DNA of 64,000 nucleotides from an uncultured Flavobacteriales bacterium (GTDB lineage Bacteria; Bacteroidota; Bacteroidia; Flavobacteriales_D; Sanyastnellaceae). Made by a program: the position numbers and the translations under genes. Below, piece by piece: positions 58,307 to 64,000 of this stretch (position 1 is the stretch's first letter; every line of letters starts with the position of its first letter). The DNA lies in assembly GCA_938074325.1 (NCBI GenBank), contig CALJFZ010000029.1, positions 12,292 through 76,291 on the forward strand, in the 5' to 3' direction. The notes beneath the pieces are model-generated. The model ran no database searches, was not told where the DNA came from, and saw only the letters and a list, made by a program, of their open reading frames with translations.

Positions 58307-59491
58307 TTACACCAATTCAACCATCAACGCCGAAGCACCTCCGCCTCCGTTGCAAATCCCTGCGCCACCTTTCTTTAAGTTTCGGTTACGCAAAGCGTGA
58401 ATCAATGTGACCACGATGCGTGATCCGCTGGAACCCAGCGGATGTCCCAATGATACTGCCCCTCCGTTGACATTGACTTTTTCTGCATCCAAGCCTAATA
58501 ACTTGACATTCACCAACCCAACAACAGAAAAGGCCTCGTTCAATTCCCAGAGATCTACATCTGCTGTGTTCCACCCTGCCTTAGCGAGGGCCTTTGGCAC
58601 AGCTTTGGCGGGAGCAGTCGTGAACCACTCCGGCTCATGGGCGGCATCTGCACACGCCGATATTTTGGCAATGGGCGTCCAACCGTTCTCGGCAATGGCC
58701 TCCTCGGAAGCTAAGACCAATGCACTTGCACCGTCGTTGAGGGTGGAAGCGTTGGCTGCCGTCACCGAACCGTCCTTCTGAAAAGCAGGACGAAGGCTGC
58801 GCACCTTTTCCATTTTCACCTGACTGAATTCCTGGTCGATGTCTACCACCAAGGCATCTCCCCTGCGTTGAGGAACGGAGACCGGCACAACCTCGTCGGC
58901 GAATGCTCCACCCTCCCAAGCTTGCGCTGAGCGGTTGTAGCTCTCAATGGCAAAATCATCTTGGGCTTCACGGGTAATGGCGTGTTCTTTGGCACATAAT
59001 TCCGCGCAGTTACCCATGTGGGTGGCGTTGTAAACGTCCGTCAGGCCATCCAACACCATTCCGTCTTTCATTTTCACGTCTCCGAACTTCGTTCCAGGAC
59101 GCGCATCAAAGTAATGGGGAACTCGGCTCATGTTTTCCATGCCACCAGCGACCGCCACCTGAATGTCACCGTTAGCGATGGCCTGCGCGGCGAGTGCGAT
59201 GGACTTCATTCCGCTGGAACACACCTTGTTGATGGTGGTGCAAGGAACGTGATTTGGAATGCCGGCTCCCATTGCAGCTTGACGCGCTGGAGCCTGACCC
59301 AATCCTGCCTGCAATACGTTGCCCATGAAGACCTCTTCCACCCGATTCGGGTCAACTCCCCCGTGTTCCAACGCGCCTTTAATGGCCGTTGAACCGAGGG
59401 CGGTGGCAGGAACGGATGAAAGGCTCCCTAAAAAACTTCCCATGGGCGTCCGCACTGCGGACACTACGTATACTGGCTTGCTCATTGTCAT
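58307..59491 (-). CDS. acetyl-CoA C-acetyltransferase (thiolase II)
   Basis: TINKVCSSGMKSI (active Cys), NGGAVSLGHPLGSSG and GGAGICNGGGGA. Confidence 0.92.
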   Translation of the reverse strand: MTMSKPVYVVSAVRTPMGSFLGSLSSVPATALGSTAIKGALEHGGVDPNRVEEVFMGNVLQAGLGQAPARQAAMGAGIPNHVPCTTINKVCSSGMKSIALAAQAIANGDIQVAVAGGMENMSRVPHYFDARPGTKFGDVKMKDGMVLDGLTDVYNATHMGNCAELCAKEHAITREAQDDFAIESYNRSAQAWEGGAFADEVVPVSVPQRRGDALVVDIDQEFSQVKMEKVRSLRPAFQKDGSVTAANASTLNDGASALVLASEEAIAENGWTPIAKISACADAAHEPEWFTTAPAKAVPKALAKAGWNTADVDLWELNEAFSVVGLVNVKLLGLDAEKVNVNGGAVSLGHPLGSSGSRIVVTLIHALRNRNLKKGGAGICNGGGGASALMVELV

Positions 59492-59501
59492 TGAATTTCG
59501 G

Positions 59502-59509
59502 CAAATTTA
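59502..59509 (-). promoter_or_regulatory. -7 box for the thiolase / NlpC-P60 operon
   Basis: Minus strand TAAATTTG, 10 nt upstream of ATG 59491. Confidence 0.5.
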
Positions 59510-59625
59510 ACGGCTATTGGCTCCACGCACCCCCTTCTTGGAAGGGTTTGGCACAGTCATTGAATAAACCCTAGCAACAAACACATGAGCTCTAGCATCA
59601 GGTGAATTTGGTTTAGGTTAAGCGA

Positions 59626-59660
59626 AGCACTGGGAAACGTCCCGGTGCTTTGTTGTTTTT
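59626..59660 (+). terminator. orphan intrinsic-terminator-like hairpin in the thiolase-upstream intergenic region
   Basis: 10-bp stem AGCACTGGGA / TCCCGGTGCT (one G-U pair), tetraloop AACG, then TTTGTTGTTTTT. No annotated plus-strand gene lies upstream of it. Confidence 0.55.
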
Positions 59661-59771
59661 ACACATGACTGTCAATGAGTTAGGCCAGTTCCAGGGGAGA
59701 AAGTTCAGCTCTACCGCAACCAAAAGCGGACCGTGCACGTAGGAGAAGCACGATTCTTACAACTTGAACTC

Positions 59772-59957
59772 ATGTCCATTCCAGGTATCCCCATCATGCA
59801 CTCACCAAGCGCGCTCGAGCAATACAAAACGCTCATCCGCCACGTGCATGCGGAACCGGTCATGATCCGGCGCGCCATGCGAATCGCGTTCCGGAACCTG
59901 AGTCCGAAAGAATCGATTGAGCTGCGAGACTGGCTCGAAAACAGGTACCAACTTTAA
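59772..59957 (+). CDS. small hypothetical protein (61 aa)
   Basis: ORF MSIPGIPIMHSPSALEQYKTLIRHV...LRDWLENRYQL, ending 13 nt before a strong bidirectional terminator. No homology recognised, and the start is uncertain (the frame opens with GTG 59733). Confidence 0.3.
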   Translation: MSIPGIPIMHSPSALEQYKTLIRHVHAEPVMIRRAMRIAFRNLSPKESIELRDWLENRYQL

Positions 59958-59970
59958 CTTCGAATCACAA

Positions 59971-60001
59971 GAAAAAAGCACCGACTAGCGGTGCTTTTTT
60001 T
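59971..60001. terminator. bidirectional rho-independent terminator
   Basis: AAAAAAGCACCG-actag-CGGTGCTTTTTTT. The stop codon of the minus-strand RluA-like gene sits in the loop, and the hairpin has U-tracts on both strands. Confidence 0.8.
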
Positions 60002-61034
60002 GATTGGTGCGGGGCGGGCGACCACCGGAGCCTCCCTGGCTCGAACGGTCCTTGTGCTCAGGCCGTGGGCCCTTGCGACTTGCTGCTTCTCGCATCGGAC
60101 GCTGCTCCCTCTCATCACCTTCTTCACGCACCTTACGTTTCCAGTTGGGTTCGGCCTTGGGGCCCTTACCGCCTTTCATGAGGTTCAAAAAAGGTTGGGG
60201 AACCCGGGATTTCACATTGATGACTTCTCCTTCTGGACCGACCACGTCCACGCCAAATAAGTGAAGTCCGGAACGACCCAGCGGGTCCGGCATCTCCTTG
60301 CCTTTGCCTATCAGCAAGCATTGCTGACGACGCAATCCACTCATCAGAAGCGGAATGTGCTCAAACCCGGCATCTATTTTCAATAATGTGTGCGCGGGAG
60401 TAGCCCGCATGGTCCGGTAGGCAAATTCGTGTTTGGTGCGCTTTTTCTTGCCCTCTTCTTGATCGAAGCAGAACAACACATCATCCGCAGGCAAATGCCC
60501 TTCAACGAGCACATACATGCGCCGTTGGAATTGCTCCCATTGGGCTTGCAGATGCTTTCGCCACACTAAATTCTTGGCGATGATGCTGATGCCTGAAGAT
60601 TCCTTTTCGATGCGATTGACAAATTGAATGCATTCGCACTTTGGACGTGCTTTGGTCATCCACGTCTTCATGGCCGTGAAGGATGTCTTCACCTGGGGCT
60701 TCGGTGACGCAAACACAATGCCCGCAGGCTTGATGTATGCGAGGATGTTTTCGTCTTCATAGACCACCTCATAAGGTGCTTTTGTGGCCTTCGCATGATC
60801 GGAAGCAGACCCGCCCAATTCAAAGTCCTTCACTTGCTTTTTTGCTGTGAGCGACTGCCAAGTCACCGTCTGACCTGCCTTCAAATCGGCTGAAGGAATC
60901 TTCAGAACCTTACCGTCGACCGTGATAGCACCTGCTTTGACCGCCGTGCGGGCACGGGTACGCGTGGAATACTGGCCGTGTTCCATCAAAAATTCCAGCA
61001 ACGGCATATCCGCCTTGACTTGCTTGCTTTCCAT
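59985..61034 (-). CDS. S4-domain + RluA-like pseudouridine-synthase-fold protein lacking the catalytic Asp, with basic C-terminal tail
   Basis: N-terminal S4-like region (STRTRARTAVKAGAITVDGKV). Core collinear with RluA/RluD (YEDENILAYIKPAGI, ...SSGISIIAKN). The HRLD motif reads NRIE (Glu143, GAA 60606-60608) and GRxHQIR reads GFEHIPL. Confidence 0.65.
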   Translation of the reverse strand: MESKQVKADMPLLEFLMEHGQYSTRTRARTAVKAGAITVDGKVLKIPSADLKAGQTVTWQSLTAKKQVKDFELGGSASDHAKATKAPYEVVYEDENILAYIKPAGIVFASPKPQVKTSFTAMKTWMTKARPKCECIQFVNRIEKESSGISIIAKNLVWRKHLQAQWEQFQRRMYVLVEGHLPADDVLFCFDQEEGKKKRTKHEFAYRTMRATPAHTLLKIDAGFEHIPLLMSGLRRQQCLLIGKGKEMPDPLGRSGLHLFGVDVVGPEGEVINVKSRVPQPFLNLMKGGKGPKAEPNWKRKVREEGDEREQRPMREAASRKGPRPEHKDRSSQGGSGGRPPRTNQKKHR

Positions 61035-61088
61035 GGCGCGAAGGTACTCGCTGCGGAGGCATTGCCAACCGCAACCGCGAAAGTTGAC

Positions 61089-61814
61089 TCAGTCCTCGGT
61101 CGAGGAGCTCATCGTGTGGAAGACGTTTTGAACATCATCGTCCTCTTCCAGTCGCTCAATCAATTTTTCGACTTCCGCTGTGGCTTCTGCATCCAGTTCC
61201 TTGGTCGTGTTGGGGATGCGTTCCAATCCGGACTCCACGATTTCAACTCCATCCGATTCGAGTTTTGATTGAAGCTGCCCAAACGATTCGAACGTACCCG
61301 TAATGACCAGTGCGTCTTCATCTGCACTGATTTCCTCTGCACCGTAGTCAATCAATTCTAATTCCAATTCCTCTGCATCCAGGCCCTCGGCTTTGATTTT
61401 GAAGAAACAGACGTGGTCGAACATGAATTCGACGGAACCGGACGTTCCGAGGTTGCCGTTGCATTTGTTAAAATGGCTTCGCACGTTGGCCACAGTGCGG
61501 TTGTTGTTATCCGTGGCCGTTTCCACGAAAACAGCAATTCCATGGGGCGCGTACCCTTCGAAGTTAACCTCCTTAAAGTCCGAGGTGTCCTTGTCGGTCG
61601 CTTTTTTGATGGCACGTTCGACGTTGTCCTTGGGCATGTTAGCGGCTCGGCAGTTTTGAAGCACTGCACGCAACCGAGGGTTCATATCCGGATCAGAACC
61701 GTTGCCCTCGCGGATGGCAATGATGATGTCCTTGTTCAGTCGAGCGAAGGTCTTGGACATGGCTGCCCAACGCTTAAACTTTCGTGCTTTCCGGAACTCA
61801 AATGCTCTGCCCAT
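61089..61814 (-). CDS. yebC: YebC/PmpR-family DNA-binding transcriptional regulator
   Basis: MGRAFEFRKARKFKRWAAMSKTFARL...AIKKA...FEGYAPHG. Confidence 0.92.
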   Translation of the reverse strand: MGRAFEFRKARKFKRWAAMSKTFARLNKDIIIAIREGNGSDPDMNPRLRAVLQNCRAANMPKDNVERAIKKATDKDTSDFKEVNFEGYAPHGIAVFVETATDNNNRTVANVRSHFNKCNGNLGTSGSVEFMFDHVCFFKIKAEGLDAEELELELIDYGAEEISADEDALVITGTFESFGQLQSKLESDGVEIVESGLERIPNTTKELDAEATAEVEKLIERLEEDDDVQNVFHTMSSSTED

Positions 61815-61890
61815 GACTAAAATCTTTCCACAAATATCGGCCCTTCGATTTATTTGTCAATCCGCATTTTCACTTGACTTCCTTACTGGC

Positions 61891-61898
61891 TAATTTTG
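61891..61898 (+). promoter_or_regulatory. -7 box for the cytochrome-c-like / YceI / barrel cluster (leaderless)
   Basis: Exact match TAATTTTG, 3 nt before ATG 61902. Confidence 0.55.
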
Positions 61899-61901
61899 AG
61901 C

Positions 61902-62258
61902 ATGATGCGATGCATAGTCTTCATTTTCACTGCTTGTCTTGCGGTGGGCTGTCACTACCACGTTGAGGAGACGTTGTACGGCTCAGACTGCCCGCAAACC
62001 AACTTGGTGTATGAACCCGCCGTGCGAAACTTGATGGAAACCCATTGCACCGGTTGCCACAGCGGCGCCTTTCCAGAAAGCGGATTGGACTTGACCTCCT
62101 ACTCTTCTGTTCGTCAAGCGGCATTGGAAGGGTCACTCATTGAAGTATTGTCGCTGCCTTCAGGCAATTCCCGTTCCATGCCTCCCAACGGGACATTGGA
62201 TTCCTGCAGCATCGTTCTCATCGAAAAATGGGCCGACTTGGGGGCTCCTGAATTCTAA
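61902..62258 (+). CDS. small lipoprotein with a single CxxCH haem-c motif (PSCyt1-like)
   Basis: Leader MMRCIVFIFTACLAVGC. METHCTGCHSGAFPESGLDLTSY...RSMPPNG...IEKWADLGAP resembles planctomycete-type cytochrome c domains. Confidence 0.5.
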   Translation: MMRCIVFIFTACLAVGCHYHVEETLYGSDCPQTNLVYEPAVRNLMETHCTGCHSGAFPESGLDLTSYSSVRQAALEGSLIEVLSLPSGNSRSMPPNGTLDSCSIVLIEKWADLGAPEF

Positions 62259-62261
62259 TCC

Positions 62262-62804
62262 ATGCGCACGTTTACTCTCTTATTCATTGCCTTCTTCTGG
62301 CATGCCGGTCTTCAAGCACAGCAATACATGACGCGAGACGGCGTGGTTGAATTCTACTCATCCACACCGGTCGAAGACATCGAAGCCGTGAATAATCAAA
62401 CCACGGCATTGCTAACCGCCGAAGGGAAATTCGCCTTCCGGGTGCCTATACTGGGTTTTCGGTTTGAACGAGCGTTGATGGAGGAACACTTCAATGAGAA
62501 TTACCTGGAGTCCACCACCTACCCCAACGGAACGTTCGAGGGACACATCCCCGGATTTGACGAAACGCACCGCGACGGAAATTGGCATGAGGTATTGGCT
62601 TATGGGACGTTGGTCATCCACGGCTTTGCGGTGGAACGGGAGATTCCATCCAAACTGAAGTGGAACGGAGAAGCTTGGGAAATCGAATCTACCTTCACGA
62701 TTCCCCCTGCAGCACACGCCATTGAGATCCCCAAAATTGTCGCGAAGAAGATTGCGGAAGAAATCGAAGTGAAGGTTCGTGCTACCTTGAGCCCACGCTC
62801 ATGA
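62262..62804 (+). CDS. YceI-family (lipid/polyisoprenoid-binding) protein
   Basis: Signal peptide. GVVEFYSSTPVEDIEAVNNQTTALL...FRVPILGFRF...EHFNENYLESTTYPNGTFEG. Confidence 0.75.
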   Translation: MRTFTLLFIAFFWHAGLQAQQYMTRDGVVEFYSSTPVEDIEAVNNQTTALLTAEGKFAFRVPILGFRFERALMEEHFNENYLESTTYPNGTFEGHIPGFDETHRDGNWHEVLAYGTLVIHGFAVEREIPSKLKWNGEAWEIESTFTIPPAAHAIEIPKIVAKKIAEEIEVKVRATLSPRS

Positions 62805-63673
62805 GGTTTACTTATATCTTGCTCTTCGGCCTGTGTTTGTTTGCTGGAACGGCGAAACATACCGCAACGGCTCAAAGCCTACTCGACGGCCTTGAGGTGG
62901 CGCCCTTGGTGATTACTCCTGTATCGGCCACATTCAAAGACACCCGGATCATCAATGTTCAGAGCAATGAAACGCCGGGCAAAAACGTGCTTCATTTCGT
63001 GATCGCCCACCGCTTTGGCCAAATCAATGAGGGCGCCTACGCGCTCTGGGGCTTGGACAACGCGAGCATGCGCATGGCCTTTGATTATGGCGTCACTAAT
63101 CGTCTAGCTGTGGGCGTAGCGCGCAGCACCTTCCAAAAGACCTACGAGGCCAATGTGAAGTGGCGGGCACTTCGGCAAAACTCAGACAACAGCATGCCAA
63201 TCAGCCTGACGCTGTATTCCGTGGCCATGGCTAATGGGTTGCGCTGGGCAGACCCCACCCGAGAAAACCTCTTCTCCTCTCGATTGAGCTATGTCCACCA
63301 AGCCATTTTTGCCAAAAAGTGGGGGTCGAATCTGAGCCTGGCGTTCATTCCTTCGTTTATCCACCGCAATTTGGTTGAAAGCCTCGCAGACGCACACGAC
63401 CAGTGGACGCTTGGAGTCGGCGGCAGGTACAAGGTGACTTCTCGCGCCAGCATCAATGCAGAGTATCACTACGCTCTCGCCGGATTGCCCACCGATCACG
63501 TCAACAGCTTATCACTTGGCATGGATATTGAGACCGGAGGGCATGTCTTCCAGTTGCATGTCACGAATTCTCAAGGAATGTTCGAACGAGCATTTCTCAC
63601 CGAGACCGGTGGCAGGTGGCGGGACGGCGCCCTCTATTTTGGCTTCAATTTGAGCCGCGTTTTTGACTTTTAA
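62801..63673 (+). CDS. outer-membrane beta-barrel protein, DUF5777-like
   Basis: Signal peptide ...HTATAQ. FVIAHRFGQINEG...GLDNASMRMAFDYG and HVFQLHVTNSQGM. Aromatic C-terminus (RVFDF). Family name is from memory and unverified. Confidence 0.55.
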   Translation: MRFTYILLFGLCLFAGTAKHTATAQSLLDGLEVAPLVITPVSATFKDTRIINVQSNETPGKNVLHFVIAHRFGQINEGAYALWGLDNASMRMAFDYGVTNRLAVGVARSTFQKTYEANVKWRALRQNSDNSMPISLTLYSVAMANGLRWADPTRENLFSSRLSYVHQAIFAKKWGSNLSLAFIPSFIHRNLVESLADAHDQWTLGVGGRYKVTSRASINAEYHYALAGLPTDHVNSLSLGMDIETGGHVFQLHVTNSQGMFERAFLTETGGRWRDGALYFGFNLSRVFDF

Positions 63674-63684
63674 TTTCCTCGCAA

Positions 63685-64000
63685 ATGATCCGTACCCTCA
63701 TCCTCGCCGTTTTCGCCTTGGCCAGTTCGATGGCAGCATCAGCACACTGCCCGACTGACTCCACGACCACTGAGAAAAAACGCCCTGTTGAATCGAAAGG
63801 CAACTGGAGTGGCATTTCATTCAATGCCTTGTCAATGGCCCAATTTCAAGGGAACCTCGAGAATTATGATGCCACTTGGGGAGCGCGGGAAGACCTGGGG
63901 CTCATTACGGACGACGCATTTGAGTCCTTTCGTTTATCGATCAATCCGTTCGAGAAGCGTCAAAAGTTGCTTGGGGAATTTTTCGGAATCACGACGGGCA
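63685..64000 (+). CDS. exported hypothetical protein, N-terminal part (3' end outside window)
   Basis: ATG 63685 opens a frame that runs to the window end. Signal peptide MIRTLILAVFALASSMAASA. Absent from the supplied ORF track because no stop falls inside the window. Confidence 0.4.
   Translation, partial: MIRTLILAVFALASSMAASAHCPTDSTTTEKKRPVESKGNWSGISFNALSMAQFQGNLENYDATWGAREDLGLITDDAFESFRLSINPFEKRQKLLGEFFGITTG

Noticed and set aside
1-64000. A search for mobile elements, prophage, defence islands, toxin-antitoxin pairs, retrons/DGRs, and rRNA or other ncRNA genes.
   Set aside because: I saw no transposase, integrase, reverse transcriptase, restriction/modification, nuclease-helicase defence signatures or flanking direct repeats. 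The single tRNA is not followed by an integrated element, only by a terminator and a T9SS cargo gene. By-eye detection of structured ncRNAs is weak, so covariance-model scans are still warranted.

Overview
This 64-kb window is a compact, mostly housekeeping stretch of a Bacteroidota chromosome. Supporting marks are T9SS C-terminal sorting domains, a CHU_C/gliding-type adhesin, a GWxTD protein, a 289-aa sigma-A, and exact TAnnTTTG -7 promoter boxes; GC looks moderate by eye. I call 60 protein genes (2 truncated by the window edges), one tRNA-Ser(UGA), 8 hairpin terminators and 13 exact -7 boxes. Recognisable genes include rpsA, pyrR-pyrB, rnz, ilvE, msrA, a split transketolase, ychF, clpC, gyrA, comEC, HMG-CoA lyase, rpoD, pnp, rpsO, accD, a BamA/TamA-like protein, a DEAD-box helicase, PNP, 3-hydroxyacyl-CoA dehydrogenase, thiolase and yebC. 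I saw no CRISPR array, transposase/integrase, rRNA, or recognisable defence or toxin-antitoxin genes, so there is no clear accessory island. The items most worth a second look are: (1) a SiaB/SiaC-type partner-switch pair without SiaA/SiaD, tail-to-tail with a 968-aa ABC exporter that has a regulatory-looking N-terminus; (2) two full-length enzyme homologues missing their catalytic residues (DapA-like K->V, RluA-like D->E); (3) a secreted vWA gene wedged between, and translationally coupled into, the two transketolase halves; (4) a cytochrome-c-like/YceI/beta-barrel cluster; (5) at least six genes whose -7 box sits 3-6 nt from the ATG, implying leaderless mRNAs; (6) an orphan terminator hairpin in the largest intergenic gap. 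All homology calls come from reading motifs by eye. No searches were run.
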